Shown here in pieces: positions 1 through 11,473 of a stretch of 64,000 nt of DNA. The translations under genes and the position numbers were made by a program. The DNA is from an uncultured Gammaproteobacteria bacterium (lineage in GTDB: Bacteria > Pseudomonadota > Gammaproteobacteria > Magnimaribacterales > D2472): assembly GCA_964417685.1 (NCBI GenBank), contig CAYQIT010000002.1, positions 87,482 to 151,481 of the forward strand, written 5' to 3'. The notes under the pieces were generated by a model that worked only from the letters and a program-made list of their open reading frames with translations, searched no databases and was not told the DNA's origin. How positions within the stretch are numbered: position 1 is the stretch's first letter; every line of letters begins with the position of its first letter.

Positions 1-1
1 A

Positions 2-610
2 GAGGGAACATGGCCTAAATATTCTGAGACTGATAAAAATTTAAATATTGTTGCTTATGATTTTGGGATTAAGAAAAATATCCTTAGACTTTTAACAGAG
101 TCAGTTGGAAGGGTTGACGTTGTTAATGCCAAGACCTCTTTTGAGGATGTTATGAAGAAATCACCAAATGGCATTTTTTTATCAAATGGTCCTGGAGATC
201 CTGAGCCTTGTGAATACGCTATTGAGAATATAAAGCTATTTCTCAAAGCAGGCATTCCTATTTTTGGTATATGTCTTGGGCACCAACTCTTATCTATAGC
301 CGCAGGCGCTAAAACATACAAAATGAAATTTGGCCATCATGGAGCCAATCACCCTGTTCAAGATATTGACTCAGGTGAAGTATATATCACTAGCCAAAAT
401 CATGGTTTTGCAGTAGATATAGACTCATTACCAAAAAATATAAAAACAACGCATTTATCACTATTTGATAATTCGCTTCAAGGTATAGAGCTTACTGATG
501 CCCCGGCCTTTAGTTTCCAGGGTCACCCAGAAGCAAGTCCAGGACCGCAAGAAATTCAAATGCTTTTTAATAAATTCAAAATGATGGTAGAAACATATGC
601 CAAGACGTAA
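2..610 (+). CDS. carA: Carbamoyl-phosphate synthase small (glutaminase) subunit, 5'-truncated by the window edge
   Basis: Frame 2 is open from the window edge ([29 protein letters not shown]...) and runs into the tracked ORF. It carries the class-I amidotransferase motifs GICLGHQ and QGHPE. It overlaps the carB start by 14 nt, the classic carAB pairing. Confidence 0.9.
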   Translation, partial: EGTWPKYSETDKNLNIVAYDFGIKKNILRLLTESVGRVDVVNAKTSFEDVMKKSPNGIFLSNGPGDPEPCEYAIENIKLFLKAGIPIFGICLGHQLLSIAAGAKTYKMKFGHHGANHPVQDIDSGEVYITSQNHGFAVDIDSLPKNIKTTHLSLFDNSLQGIELTDAPAFSFQGHPEASPGPQEIQMLFNKFKMMVETYAKT

Positions 611-3600
611 GGATATTTCATCAATATTAATTATTGGTGCTGGACCAATAATTATTGGTCAAGCATGTGAGTTTGATTATTCTGGAGCCCAGGCGTGTAA
701 AGCTCTTAAAGAAGAGGGCTTTAGGGTGATATTGGTCAATTCAAACCCAGCAACCATAATGACTGATCCTTTAATGGCTGATGCAACTTATATTGAACCA
801 ATTCATTGGGAATCAGTAGAAAAAATAATAGAGAAAGAAAAACCGGATGCAATTCTTCCAACAATGGGAGGTCAAACAGCTTTAAATACAGCTTTATCCC
901 TTGCAAGAGAGGGTATTCTTGAGAAACATGGCGTGATTTTAATAGGGGCTAATAAAGAAGCTATAGATAAAGCTGAGGATAGAGAGTTATTTGATAAAAC
1001 TATGAAAGGCATTGGCATAGAAACACCAAATTCTGGTATTGCTCATTCAATGGAAGATGCCTTAAATGTTCAGGCTAAAATTGGTTTTCCATGCATTATT
1101 AGGCCTTCTTTTACTATGGGCGGGACTGGTGGTGGAATTGCATACAATATTGAAGAGTTTGAAAAGATTTGCGAGAAAGGTCTTGAGCTCTCGCCAACTA
1201 CTGAGCTTTTAATAGATGAGTCTCTAATTGGTTGGAAAGAGTATGAGATGGAGGTTGTTAGAGATTGTAATGACAATTGTATAATCATTTGTTCAATAGA
1301 AAACCTTGACCCTATGGGGGTTCATACAGGCGATTCAATAACTATCGCACCCGCTCAAACTCTTACTGATAAAGAGTATCAAATCATGAGAAATGCCTCT
1401 TTTAAAATCTTAAGAGAAATTGGTGTTGAAACAGGCGGCTCCAATGTGCAATTTGCCGTAAATCCAAAAAATGGAAAAATGGTTGTGATTGAAATGAACC
1501 CTAGAGTTAGCAGATCCTCAGCATTAGCATCGAAGGCAACTGGGTTCCCGATTGCAAAAGTTGCAGCGCTCTTGTCTGTTGGATACACCTTAGATGAACT
1601 TAAAAATGATATTACAGGAGGCTTAACACCTGCATCATTCGAGCCAAGCATTGATTACATTGTCACAAAAATTCCTAAATTTGCATTTGAAAAATTCCCT
1701 CAAGCTGATTCAAGGTTAACCACTCAAATGAAATCTGTTGGAGAAGTAATGGCAATGGGTGGGAACTTTCAAGAGTCTATGCAAAAAGCTATTTGCAGTA
1801 TGGAAGAAGATTTAGATGGATTTAATTCTATTATGGATATTGAGAGCCCAAATGTTGAAGATGAATTAAAATATCAATTATCATTTCCTGGGCCTGGAAG
1901 AATATTTTATGTTACAGATGCACTTAGAAAAGGTTGGAGTAAAGAAAAGATTTATGAGCTTACTAAAATTGATTACTGGTTCCTTGATCAGATTGATGAA
2001 ATAGTAAACATAGAAAAATCTTTGATTGATAGTGATATTTCATTAATCTCAAAAGAAGAATTTTTAAACTTAAAATCTAAAGGCTTTTCTGATTCAAGAT
2101 TAGGTTATTTAACTAATAATTCAGAAAATAAAGTAAGAGAAATAAGAAAATCTTTGGATATTTATCCTGCTTTTAAAAGGGTGGACACGTGCGCTGCTGA
2201 GTTTGCCACCTCTACATGTTATATGTATTCTTCATACGGAGAGGTATGTGAAAGCAAACCGACTAAAAAGAAAAAAATTATGGTTCTAGGAAGCGGTCCA
2301 AATAGAATTGGCCAAGGAATCGAATTTGATTATTGCTGTGTTCATGCTTCATTAGCAATGCAAGAAGAAGGCTATGAATCGATAATGGTTAATTGTAATC
2401 CTGAGACAGTTTCTACTGATTTTGATGTATCAAATAGGCTTTATTTTGAGCCTATAACATCTGAAAAAATATTAGATATAATCGACATAGAATCTCCAGA
2501 TGGAGTCATTATTCAATTTGGAGGACAAACTCCTTTAAAGCTTGCAGACACTCTTGCTGAAAGAGGTATTAAAATATTAGGGACTGATGTTGATGCAATT
2601 GACAGATCTGAGGATAGAGAAAGATTCCAGGCATTAATTGAGAAACTCAAGCTCACTCAACCAAAAAATGCTACTGTCAAAAATAAACCAGAAGCATTAG
2701 AAGCATCTGAGGCAATTGGTTTCCCGTTAGTTGTTAGACCTTCATATGTGCTTGGAGGAAGAGCAATGCAGCTTGTTCATAACGTCAAAGAATTAGATTC
2801 ATATTTAAGTGATGCTGTTGAAGTCTCAAATAGCAAGCCTGTCCTTTTAGACCGATATCTTACTGACGCAATAGAGGTTGATGTTGATGTTGTTTCTGAT
2901 GGAACTTCTATAGAAGTTGGTGGAATTCTTCAACATATAGAACAAGCTGGAATACATTCAGGTGACTCGGGTTGCTCCCTGCCTCCTTATAGTCTTAGCG
3001 GAGAAATCCAAGAGGGTATTAGCAACCAAGCAAAAAATATAGCAAAAGAATTAAATGTTGTAGGGCTAATGAACATTCAGTTTGCTATTAAAGATAATGA
3101 TATATTTATAATCGAAGTAAATCCTAGAGCATCCAGAACGGTTCCCTTTATCTCAAAAGCAATTGGCCATTCACTTGTAAAGGCCGCATCAAAAGCAATG
3201 ATTGGAAAATCTTTAAAAGAGCAAAAATTTTCTGCTGACCTTCCAGAAGGCTTATTTTTTGTAAAGGAAGCAGTCCTGCCTTTTGATAAATTTCCATTAG
3301 TTGATCCTATTCTTGGTCCTGAAATGAAATCAACTGGAGAAGTTATGGGGATAGGTAGAAATTTTGGTGAAGCCTATGCAAAAGCTCAAAGGGGAGCTAA
3401 TAAGACTATTCCAATTGGGGGTCAAGTTTTTATTAGTGTTAAAGACTCAGATAAAAAATATCTTAATGATCTCGTCCCGCTTGTTATTGATAATAACTTT
3501 AAAATAGTGGCGACTGGAGGAACTGCTGACTATATAAAAAAACTAGGCCATGAGGTTAAGAGGATTAATAAAGTTAATGAAGGAAGGCCTCATACTGTTG

Positions 3601-3806
3601 ACTATCTTTTAAATAATGAAATTGATTTAGTTATCAATACCACAGAAGGTAAACAATCAATAGAAGACTCATCATCAATAAGACAATCTGCTCTTCGTAG
3701 TAAAACTTTTTGTACTACAACTATGTTCGGAGCTTTTGCTGTAATGGAAGCTTTAAAAACTAATCAAGAAGACTGGATGTATAGACCTCTCCAAGAAATT
3801 AATTAG
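597..3806 (+). CDS. carB: Carbamoyl-phosphate synthase large subunit
   Basis: 1069 aa with duplicated ATP-grasp halves ([17 protein letters not shown] and [17 protein letters not shown]). Typical length and position after carA. Confidence 0.97.
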   Translation: MPRRKDISSILIIGAGPIIIGQACEFDYSGAQACKALKEEGFRVILVNSNPATIMTDPLMADATYIEPIHWESVEKIIEKEKPDAILPTMGGQTALNTALSLAREGILEKHGVILIGANKEAIDKAEDRELFDKTMKGIGIETPNSGIAHSMEDALNVQAKIGFPCIIRPSFTMGGTGGGIAYNIEEFEKICEKGLELSPTTELLIDESLIGWKEYEMEVVRDCNDNCIIICSIENLDPMGVHTGDSITIAPAQTLTDKEYQIMRNASFKILREIGVETGGSNVQFAVNPKNGKMVVIEMNPRVSRSSALASKATGFPIAKVAALLSVGYTLDELKNDITGGLTPASFEPSIDYIVTKIPKFAFEKFPQADSRLTTQMKSVGEVMAMGGNFQESMQKAICSMEEDLDGFNSIMDIESPNVEDELKYQLSFPGPGRIFYVTDALRKGWSKEKIYELTKIDYWFLDQIDEIVNIEKSLIDSDISLISKEEFLNLKSKGFSDSRLGYLTNNSENKVREIRKSLDIYPAFKRVDTCAAEFATSTCYMYSSYGEVCESKPTKKKKIMVLGSGPNRIGQGIEFDYCCVHASLAMQEEGYESIMVNCNPETVSTDFDVSNRLYFEPITSEKILDIIDIESPDGVIIQFGGQTPLKLADTLAERGIKILGTDVDAIDRSEDRERFQALIEKLKLTQPKNATVKNKPEALEASEAIGFPLVVRPSYVLGGRAMQLVHNVKELDSYLSDAVEVSNSKPVLLDRYLTDAIEVDVDVVSDGTSIEVGGILQHIEQAGIHSGDSGCSLPPYSLSGEIQEGISNQAKNIAKELNVVGLMNIQFAIKDNDIFIIEVNPRASRTVPFISKAIGHSLVKAASKAMIGKSLKEQKFSADLPEGLFFVKEAVLPFDKFPLVDPILGPEMKSTGEVMGIGRNFGEAYAKAQRGANKTIPIGGQVFISVKDSDKKYLNDLVPLVIDNNFKIVATGGTADYIKKLGHEVKRINKVNEGRPHTVDYLLNNEIDLVINTTEGKQSIEDSSSIRQSALRSKTFCTTTMFGAFAVMEALKTNQEDWMYRPLQEIN

Positions 3807-3835
3807 TTTTTTATTATCTTGCTATAATACTTTTT

Positions 3836-4312
3836 ATGAGTACTACTCCTATAACAAAAGAAGGCGAAATAGCTATTAAAGAAAGACTTGCTGACTTGAA
3901 GTTTGTTCAAAGACCAAAGATTTCAGAGGCTATTGCTGAGGCAAGGGCTCATGGAGATCTCAAAGAAAATGCTGAATATCATGCTGCAAAAGAACTTCAA
4001 GGGCTTATTGAATCAAAAATTAATGAGATTGAAAGCGCATTAGCCAGTGCTCAGGTAATTGATGTCTTAAGCATTCCTGAAACAGGAAGAGTTGTTTTTG
4101 GTTCTACAGTAACGCTTTATGATGTAGATAAGGATGAGGAGATTACATATAAAATTGTTGGTAATCTTGAATCTGATCCAGACGAAGGAAAAATTTCTAT
4201 CGATACTCCAATAGCCAAAGGTTTAATAGGTAAAAACGTAGATGATGAGATTACAATTACTACACCATCTAAGATTTTAAACTATGAAGTCATTTCTGTT
4301 CAGCATTTGTAA
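3836..4312 (+). CDS. greA: Transcription elongation factor GreA
   Basis: 158 aa. GreA-type N-terminal coiled coil with [19 protein letters not shown] and a C-terminal globular domain. Confidence 0.93.
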   Translation: MSTTPITKEGEIAIKERLADLKFVQRPKISEAIAEARAHGDLKENAEYHAAKELQGLIESKINEIESALASAQVIDVLSIPETGRVVFGSTVTLYDVDKDEEITYKIVGNLESDPDEGKISIDTPIAKGLIGKNVDDEITITTPSKILNYEVISVQHL

Positions 4313-4884
4313 TGCATGCAGATAAATGGGCTTTAAAAGCTAAACAGGAAGGTTACAAAACAAGAGCAGTATATAAATTAGAAGAGATTCTCTCAAAAAC
4401 AAATTCTTTTAACTCTGCTCATAAAATCCTTGATATTGGTTCTGCTCCAGGCGGTTGGTCTCATTACCTAAAATCCAAACTTCCAAATTCTAAAATTTTT
4501 GCTATAGATATATTACAAATGGATGATATAGAAGGAGTTTCGTTCTTTCAAAATAACATCGAATCAATTGATGACATACCTGAAATAAATTCATTAAAAG
4601 AAAAATTTAATCTTGTAATTTCAGATATAGCCCCAAACATTACAGGTATAAATGCAGTTGATATTGAAAATATCTATGAGTTAAATCTTCTTACTCTTAA
4701 AGCAGCTCATAAATATACAGATAATAACAATGGTAAATTTATTATAAAAACCTTTCAAAACAATAATTTAAAGGGTTTTAGGAAGGAAATGGAAAAGCTC
4801 TTTAGTATTGTCCAAACCTTCAAGCCTGCCGCATCTAAGAAACAATCGGCAGAAATTTATTTGTATGGAGCAAAGAAAAAATGA
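4312..4884 (+). CDS. rlmE: 23S rRNA U2552 2'-O-methyltransferase (FtsJ/RrmJ)
   Basis: 190 aa with SAM-binding motif [15 protein letters not shown] junction with greA and ATGA junction with ftsH. The rlmE-ftsH pairing is conserved. Confidence 0.9.
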   Translation: MHADKWALKAKQEGYKTRAVYKLEEILSKTNSFNSAHKILDIGSAPGGWSHYLKSKLPNSKIFAIDILQMDDIEGVSFFQNNIESIDDIPEINSLKEKFNLVISDIAPNITGINAVDIENIYELNLLTLKAAHKYTDNNNGKFIIKTFQNNNLKGFRKEMEKLFSIVQTFKPAASKKQSAEIYLYGAKKK

Positions 4885-6791
4885 TGAATAGCGTATTTAG
4901 AAATTTATTTGTTTGGGTAATATTGGGATCTTTTTTAATATTTGTTTTTAATAATATTGAAAATTCTAATGTAAGAGAGCAAATTAGCTATAGCCAATTT
5001 AAAGAAGAAATTCTTTCAGATAGAATTGCTAAAGTTGTCTATAAGGGTGATCAAATGACCATTATTGGTGACAGGTTAGACGGATCAAAATTTGAAACAA
5101 CTCACCCTATATTTAAAAAAGATGAGGCAGTTGATAGAGCTATTGAAGATAATGGAGTAATTGCTGTATTTGAAAAAATAGAACAACCGTCTATTTGGTC
5201 TCAGCTTCTTGTAGGAGCTTTTCCAATTATCTTATTGTTAGCTATATTTTTCTTTTTCATGAGACAGATGCAAGGTGGCATGTCTGGTAAAGGTGGGCCA
5301 ATGTCATTTGGAAAAAGTAAAGCTAAGCTCATGGAGGGCGGCAAAGTAAAAACTAATTTCAAAGATGTTGCTGGATGCGAAGAGGCAAAACAAGATGTCC
5401 AAGAACTTGTAGATTTTTTAAGAGACCCAACTAAATTTCAAAAATTAGGTGGAAAAATCCCAAGAGGTGTACTTATGGTAGGGCCTCCAGGTACTGGTAA
5501 AACTTTGCTAGCTAGAGCTGTGGCAGGAGAAGCTAAAGTCCCTTTCTTTACCATTTCAGGATCTGATTTTGTTGAGATGTTTGTTGGCGTTGGCGCTTCA
5601 AGAGTAAGAGATATGTTTGAACAAGCAAAAAAACAATCTCCATGTATAGTTTTTATTGATGAAATTGACGCAGTTGGAAGACATCGTGGAGCAGGTTTAG
5701 GTGGAGGACATGATGAAAGAGAGCAAACTCTTAATCAGTTGTTAGTTGAGATGGACGGATTTGAAGGTAATGATGGCGTAATTGTCATAGCTGCTACTAA
5801 TAGACCAGATGTTCTCGATCCAGCCTTATTAAGGCCTGGCAGATTTGATAGACAGGTTGTAGTTGATCTCCCTGATATCAGAGGAAGAGAAGCAATCTTA
5901 AAAGTTCATATGCGCAAGGTTCCAATTAGTGGTGATGTTGATCCATTGGTAATTGCTAGGGGAACACCAGGTTTTTCTGGTGCTGATTTAGCAAATTTGA
6001 TTAATGAAGCTGCACTTTTTGCTGCTAGATATTCAGATAAAAAGATTGATCAAAGTCATCTTGATCTTGCAAAAGATAAAATTATGATGGGTGCCGAAAG
6101 AAAGTCCATGATCTTGAGTGAAGAGCAAAAGAGAATTACAGCATATCATGAAGCAGGTCACGCAATTGTTGGCAGGCTATCTCCCAAGCATGATCCAGTA
6201 TACAAAGTGACAATTATTCCAAGAGGAAGAGCTTTAGGGGTAACGATGTTTCTTCCAGAAGAAGACACATATATGCAAAGTAAAGAATACTTATTAAGTA
6301 GAATATCTGCACTATTTGGTGGAAGAATTGCTGAAAATATTATCAATGGAGATAAAGGTATAACAACTGGGGCTTCAAATGATATAGAAGTTGCTACTAA
6401 CATAGCTACCAATATGGTCACAAAGTGGGGCTTATCTGAAAAGCTTGGTCCTCTGAAGTATGGTGAGGATGAAGGAAGTCCATTTCTTGGTAGATCTGCT
6501 TCTTCACCATCTCAGGTTATTAGTGACGATACATCTAAGCTTATAGATATGGAAATCAAATATATAATCGATTCATGTTATGAAAAAGCTGATGAAATAT
6601 TAAAAAGCAATTTAGATAAACTTAATAGGATGGCAGACGCTCTTTTAAAATATGAAACCATAGATGCCGATCAAATTGATGATATTATGGCTGGAGCCGA
6701 ACCAAGGGAGCCAAAGGGCTGGTCTGATGATGAGCCTAAAAATAAAGAAAAAAAAGAATCTACAATAAAAGGTCCAGCTAAAGAGTTATAA
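4881..6791 (+). CDS. ftsH: ATP-dependent zinc metalloprotease FtsH
   Basis: 636 aa with N-terminal TM segments, Walker A GPPGTGKT, Walker B IVFIDEID and zinc site HEAGH. Confidence 0.97.
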   Translation: MMNSVFRNLFVWVILGSFLIFVFNNIENSNVREQISYSQFKEEILSDRIAKVVYKGDQMTIIGDRLDGSKFETTHPIFKKDEAVDRAIEDNGVIAVFEKIEQPSIWSQLLVGAFPIILLLAIFFFFMRQMQGGMSGKGGPMSFGKSKAKLMEGGKVKTNFKDVAGCEEAKQDVQELVDFLRDPTKFQKLGGKIPRGVLMVGPPGTGKTLLARAVAGEAKVPFFTISGSDFVEMFVGVGASRVRDMFEQAKKQSPCIVFIDEIDAVGRHRGAGLGGGHDEREQTLNQLLVEMDGFEGNDGVIVIAATNRPDVLDPALLRPGRFDRQVVVDLPDIRGREAILKVHMRKVPISGDVDPLVIARGTPGFSGADLANLINEAALFAARYSDKKIDQSHLDLAKDKIMMGAERKSMILSEEQKRITAYHEAGHAIVGRLSPKHDPVYKVTIIPRGRALGVTMFLPEEDTYMQSKEYLLSRISALFGGRIAENIINGDKGITTGASNDIEVATNIATNMVTKWGLSEKLGPLKYGEDEGSPFLGRSASSPSQVISDDTSKLIDMEIKYIIDSCYEKADEILKSNLDKLNRMADALLKYETIDADQIDDIMAGAEPREPKGWSDDEPKNKEKKESTIKGPAKEL

Positions 6792-6798
6792 TCAAGCT

Positions 6799-8121
6799 AT
6801 GAACCTAAAATTTGGTACGGATGGCATCAGAGGGCCAGTCGAAACCCTTATAACACCAGAAGCATGTCTTAAAATAGGTTATGCCACTGGGACGGTTGCA
6901 AGAGAGCTGGGGTGGAAGACTGTAATGATCGGAAAAGACACAAGAGTGTCTGGGTATATGCTTGAATCTGCACTTCAAGCTGGCTTCATTTCAGCTGGAA
7001 TTGATGTAAAACTTTTGGGCCCAATCCCTACTCCAGGGGTTGCATATCTTACTAGGTCACTAAGAGATGCATTTGGTTTGGTTATTAGCGCATCACATAA
7101 TGACTTTCTTGATAATGGCATAAAGATTTTTATGCCAAACGGCGAAAAGCTTTCCAAAGATATTGAGAAAAAGATTGAAAAAATACTATCTAGTGATATG
7201 CAAATGGTAGAGACTTCATCTATCGGTAAAGCAGCGAGATTTGACGAATCTGGAGCTAGATATATAGAATTTTGTAAATCAACTGTCCCAACAAATATAA
7301 ACTTTTCAAAATTACGGATTGTATTAGATTGTGCACATGGCGCTTGTTATAAAGTCAGCCCCTCTATTTTTAGAGAACTAGGAGCTGAAGTTATAACTAT
7401 TGGGGTCCAACCAAATGGATTTAATATCAATGAAGGCTGTGGTTCAACACATCCAGAGCTACTTCAAAATGAAGTTATAAAACATAGAGCAGATTACGGA
7501 GTTGCATTAGATGGAGATGGAGATAGGGTTGTTCTTGTCGATAGTGAAGGGGAGTTGCTTGATGGTGATGATTTGCTTTATATAATGGCTTTCGCAAACC
7601 CCAACAGAACAGGACCTTGGGCAGGAGTAGTAGGAACAAAAATGAGTAATTTTGGTTTGGAAGATGGGCTTAAAAAGCTTGGATATAAATTCTTAAGAGC
7701 TGATGTTGGTGATAAGTATGTTAGTCAAAAATTAAGTGAAAAAGGCTGGTTGCTTGGTGGTGAAACTTCTGGGCATATCATCAGCAAAGATCTAGTCAGC
7801 ACCGGTGATGGTACCGTTGCAGCACTTAAAGTAATATCTTCATTATTAATATTAGAAAAATCTCCTAAAGAAGTATTATTAAATTACAGCAAAAGACCCC
7901 AAGCAAACATTGCGGTGTCTGTTAATAACAAAGATATTATAAACGATGCTTCTATCCAATCAGCAATAAATGAAGCTCAATCAGATATCACTGTAGATAG
8001 AGTCCTTGTTAGGCCTTCCGGAACAGAGAATAAGATAAGAGTTATGGTTGAGGCTCCTGATGAAAAAACAGCAACAAAATACGCCAAAGATATCTCAAAA
8101 TTGATTCAATCAAAAACATAA
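6799..8121 (+). CDS. glmM: Phosphoglucosamine mutase
   Basis: 440 aa with N-terminal FGTDGIRG, phosphoserine loop SASHNDFLDNGIK and metal site DGDGDR. Confidence 0.95.
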   Translation: MNLKFGTDGIRGPVETLITPEACLKIGYATGTVARELGWKTVMIGKDTRVSGYMLESALQAGFISAGIDVKLLGPIPTPGVAYLTRSLRDAFGLVISASHNDFLDNGIKIFMPNGEKLSKDIEKKIEKILSSDMQMVETSSIGKAARFDESGARYIEFCKSTVPTNINFSKLRIVLDCAHGACYKVSPSIFRELGAEVITIGVQPNGFNINEGCGSTHPELLQNEVIKHRADYGVALDGDGDRVVLVDSEGELLDGDDLLYIMAFANPNRTGPWAGVVGTKMSNFGLEDGLKKLGYKFLRADVGDKYVSQKLSEKGWLLGGETSGHIISKDLVSTGDGTVAALKVISSLLILEKSPKEVLLNYSKRPQANIAVSVNNKDIINDASIQSAINEAQSDITVDRVLVRPSGTENKIRVMVEAPDEKTATKYAKDISKLIQSKT

Positions 8122-8128
8122 TTTCAAA

Positions 8129-8869
8129 GTGATAATTGCAAATTTTAAATCCAATGGATCTAGCAAAATGTTTAAAGTCTGGATTAAAGACTTTAAAACA
8201 AATATCAAAACTATAGATTCAAACATTGGCATATCTCCTCCGTATTTGTATATAGATCAGCTGAAGAATATTTTATTTTCAAATGATATAGATTCCATTC
8301 TTATAGGGTCTCAGGATGTTGATCATAGTACTGGAGCTAGAACTGGTGCAATATCTGCTTCTATGCTTTTAGATCTTAAGTGTAAATATGCAATTATTGG
8401 ACACTCTGAAAGAAGATCTTTGTTCAATGAGGATAATAAAACAATAGAAGAAAAATTTAGATGCTTAGAGTCCAATAATATTATGCAAGTTCTTTGTATA
8501 GGTGAGACGCTTGAAGAGATGGAGTATGGAAAAACATTAAATGTTCTGAATGAACAGATCACCAGTGTTTTAAAAAATAAGATATTAAATAATACTCTAA
8601 TTGCATACGAGCCAATTTGGGCAATTGGTACCGGTAAAACTCCAACTTCAATTCAAGTCAATGAAACTAACCAATATATAAAAGATGTTGTACAATCCAC
8701 AACTGCAAATAATTACCTTCCTAAAGTATTATATGGAGGTAGTGTTAATTCTGAGAATGCAGCAGCCTTTTTCAGTTGTGAAAATATTGATGGGGCACTT
8801 GTTGGTGGAGCGTCTTTGGATGGAAAGCACTTTGCAGAAATTGTAAATGAATTTAACAGGATAAAATAA
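8129..8869 (+). CDS. tpiA: Triose-phosphate isomerase
   Basis: 246 aa with a GTG start. Carries GHSERR and the catalytic-Glu context AYEPIWAIGTG. Conserved glmM-tpiA-secG order. Confidence 0.9.
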   Translation: MIIANFKSNGSSKMFKVWIKDFKTNIKTIDSNIGISPPYLYIDQLKNILFSNDIDSILIGSQDVDHSTGARTGAISASMLLDLKCKYAIIGHSERRSLFNEDNKTIEEKFRCLESNNIMQVLCIGETLEEMEYGKTLNVLNEQITSVLKNKILNNTLIAYEPIWAIGTGKTPTSIQVNETNQYIKDVVQSTTANNYLPKVLYGGSVNSENAAAFFSCENIDGALVGGASLDGKHFAEIVNEFNRIK

Positions 8870-8871
8870 AA

Positions 8872-9183
8872 ATGATAACCATTGTACAAATTTTATGTGT
8901 GGTATTGGCTATAGCTATAGTTGCACTAGTTCTGCTTCAACAGGGCAAGGGCTCTGACTTAGGTTCAGCTTTCGGTGGAGGTTCTTCTAATTCAATGTTC
9001 GGTGCTTTAGGCCCAGCAAATTTTCTTGGCAAACTTACATCTGTTTTAGCTGCTATATGGTTAATTCTTACTTTATTTTTAGCTTACTTATATAAAACTG
9101 ACAACACCTCAGAAGTTTTTGATTCAACATTAATTGAAGAAGCAATTGAAGAGGGAGTACCTGAATCTATTCCTGAAGAGTAG
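8872..9183 (+). CDS. secG: Preprotein translocase subunit SecG
   Basis: 103 aa with two hydrophobic helices flanking the glycine-rich loop GKGSDLGSAFGGGSSNSMFG. Confidence 0.88.
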   Translation: MITIVQILCVVLAIAIVALVLLQQGKGSDLGSAFGGGSSNSMFGALGPANFLGKLTSVLAAIWLILTLFLAYLYKTDNTSEVFDSTLIEEAIEEGVPESIPEE

Positions 9184-9219
9184 ATTAAAAGCATTTAAAC
9201 TGTTTAATTTAAAGAAAGT

Positions 9220-9306
9220 TGGTGCCGAAAGCGGGACTTGAACCCGCACGAGTTTTCACTCACTAACCCCTCAAGCTAGCGTGTCTACCAATTCCACCAC
9301 TTCGGC
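9220..9306 (-). tRNA. leuU: tRNA-Leu (anticodon GAG), class II with long variable arm
   Basis: The reverse complement reads GCCGAAGTGGTGGAATTGGTAGACACGCTAGCTTGAGGGGTTAGTG...GCGGGTTCAAGTCCCGCTTTCGGCACCA. The anticodon loop TTGAGGG gives GAG. It is near-identical in D and anticodon arms to E. coli leuU as I recall it. CCA is encoded. Confidence 0.88.
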
Positions 9307-9400
9307 TGAGCGCAAATTATAACAATATATCTTTTAATATTAATAGATATATAACTTGACCAATGGTGGTACCTTTATTTAAACTTCACCTTCGGTGCGA

Positions 9401-9477
<77 letters not shown>

Positions 9478-9498
9478 CATATATATTATTTTTTTTGT

Positions 9499-9518
9499 GG
9501 GGCATATGCCCTTTTTTT
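9499..9518 (+). terminator. Weak intrinsic terminator or attenuator after tRNA-fMet
   Basis: A short GGGC-ATAT-GCCC hairpin is followed by T7, directly between the tRNA and the rimP start. This resembles the leaky metY terminator of E. coli. The stem is only 4-5 bp. Confidence 0.4.
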
Positions 9519-9527
9519 ATTTATAAG

Positions 9528-10010
9528 ATGAATAAAGACGACATAGAAAACATTGTTAAGCCTGTAATTAATAGACATGAGTGCTATCTATGGGGCATTG
9601 AAATCTTAAGAGGTAGAAAAAGACCAACTTTGAGAGTTTATATTGAATCAGATGCTGGTGCTGGAATTGATGATTGTGAATTAGTTTCAAAGGATTTAAA
9701 TTATGAAGCTGAGCTTGAATCAATATTAGGAGATGATTTTATTTTAGAAGTTTCAACTCCGGGAATTGATAGAAGATTTTTCTATTATGAGCAACTTAAG
9801 GAATATGTTGGTGAAGAATTTAAAATAAAGTTAAGAGAACCACTTGATGGAATTAAAAATATAAATGGGCATCTTGCGGAGTGTAAAGATGACTTTTTAA
9901 GAATTGAAACATCTAATCTTGAGTACAAATTAGAGTTTAATGAAATAGAGTTTTGTAAATTAGAACCAAATTTTGAAAAAATTATGAAGGAAAGTGAACA
10001 TGCAAAGTAA
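9528..10010 (+). CDS. rimP: Ribosome maturation factor RimP
   Basis: I moved the start to the ATG at 9528 (MNKDDIENIVKPV...), because the tracked 9363 start would read through tRNA-fMet. 160 aa. Position is between metY and nusA. Contains EVSTPGIDR, resembling the conserved RimP EVSSPG motif. Confidence 0.85.
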   Translation: MNKDDIENIVKPVINRHECYLWGIEILRGRKRPTLRVYIESDAGAGIDDCELVSKDLNYEAELESILGDDFILEVSTPGIDRRFFYYEQLKEYVGEEFKIKLREPLDGIKNINGHLAECKDDFLRIETSNLEYKLEFNEIEFCKLEPNFEKIMKESEHAK

Positions 10011-11460
10011 TGAAATTTTAATGGTAGTTGACTCAGTTTCTAATGAGAAGGGCCTTACTAAAGAAGTTATTTTTAATGCAGTTGAGGTTGCATTAGCATC
10101 AGCTTCTCAGAGGCATTTTCATGAAGATGCCGAGCTTAGTGTTAGTATTGATAGAGATACTGGTGAATACACCACTCACAGAAGCTGGATTGTTGCTGAT
10201 CCAGAGGATATTTATTTTCACAAAGAAACTCATGTGACTTCAGAGGAGGCAGGGTTAGAAATTGGAGAAATATTTTCTAAACCTGTTGAGAGTATAAAAT
10301 TCGGAAGAATAGAAACACAAGCTGCACGCCAAGTAATGCTTCAAAAAGTTAGAGAAGCTGAAAGAGAGAAGGTAGTTGCTCAGTTTAAATCAAAGGATAA
10401 TGCTCTAGTAAGCGGCTCTGTAAAAAGAGTAACAAGAGACAATATTATTGTGGATATATCTAATGAAGCTGAGGCTATTTTGCCAAGAGATAGGCTGATG
10501 CCTGGTGAAATTTATAAAATAAATGATCGCATTAGAGCAATTCTAAAAATTCAAGAAGTTGAAGGCAGAGGGCCTCAGCTTATGCTTGATAGAGTTTGCA
10601 AAGAGATGGTTACTGAACTCTTTAGTATTGAGGTTCCTGAAATTAACGAGGATATTATAGAAATAAGAGGCGTATCAAGAGAACCTGGATCAAGATCAAA
10701 GATAGCTGTTAAAACAAATGATGGAAGGATTGATCCTGTTGGGGCCTGTGTTGGAATGAGAGGCTCTAGAGTTCAAGCTGTATCATCAGAGTTAGGAAAT
10801 GAGAGAATTGATATTGTTATTTATGATGATAATCCTGCTCAACTTGTAATAAATGCATTAGTTCCTGCAAAGGTTGATTCAATTGTTGTTGATGAAGACT
10901 CAAGGTCAATGGAGATAGCTGTAAATCAAGATAATCTAGCATTAGCTATTGGTTCTAGAGGACAGAATATTCGTTTAGCATCTCAGTTGGTTGGCTGGGA
11001 GCTAAATATTATTAGTAGCGAGGAGGCAGAAGCTAAAGTCAAAGTTGATGAAACTGAATTTATGGTTAAATTAATCGATAGCCTTTCAATTGATGAAAGT
11101 ATTGCAGAAAAAATTATTGCAGTTGGTTTAGCTTCATTTGATGATGTTGCTTACGTTGATAATAGTGTTCTAGAAGCTTTTGTTGATAATCCTGATGAAA
11201 TTGAAAGAATTAAAAGCTCTGCTGAGGATGCTGCGCTTATGGAAGCAATGGGTGCCATAACAGAAGAAGAAGAAAATTTGGATTCATTTGGTGATCTTGG
11301 TCTTAGTGAAGAGAATATCCAGATGCTTACAAACAAAGGTATTAAAAATAAAGATGATTTTGCTGAATTATCAGTTGATGAACTCCAAGACATCATTGAA
11401 ATTAGTGATGATCTAGGTTCAGCAGCCATTATGAAAGCAAGAGAAGATTGGTTTAAATAA
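9994..11460 (+). CDS. nusA: Transcription termination/antitermination factor NusA
   Basis: 488 aa. S1 and KH domains (GACVGMRGSRVQAVSSELGNERIDIV) plus an acidic C-terminal repeat region. Confidence 0.96.
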   Translation: MNMQSNEILMVVDSVSNEKGLTKEVIFNAVEVALASASQRHFHEDAELSVSIDRDTGEYTTHRSWIVADPEDIYFHKETHVTSEEAGLEIGEIFSKPVESIKFGRIETQAARQVMLQKVREAEREKVVAQFKSKDNALVSGSVKRVTRDNIIVDISNEAEAILPRDRLMPGEIYKINDRIRAILKIQEVEGRGPQLMLDRVCKEMVTELFSIEVPEINEDIIEIRGVSREPGSRSKIAVKTNDGRIDPVGACVGMRGSRVQAVSSELGNERIDIVIYDDNPAQLVINALVPAKVDSIVVDEDSRSMEIAVNQDNLALAIGSRGQNIRLASQLVGWELNIISSEEAEAKVKVDETEFMVKLIDSLSIDESIAEKIIAVGLASFDDVAYVDNSVLEAFVDNPDEIERIKSSAEDAALMEAMGAITEEEENLDSFGDLGLSEENIQMLTNKGIKNKDDFAELSVDELQDIIEISDDLGSAAIMKAREDWFK

Positions 11461-11473
11461 AAAAGGATTTATT

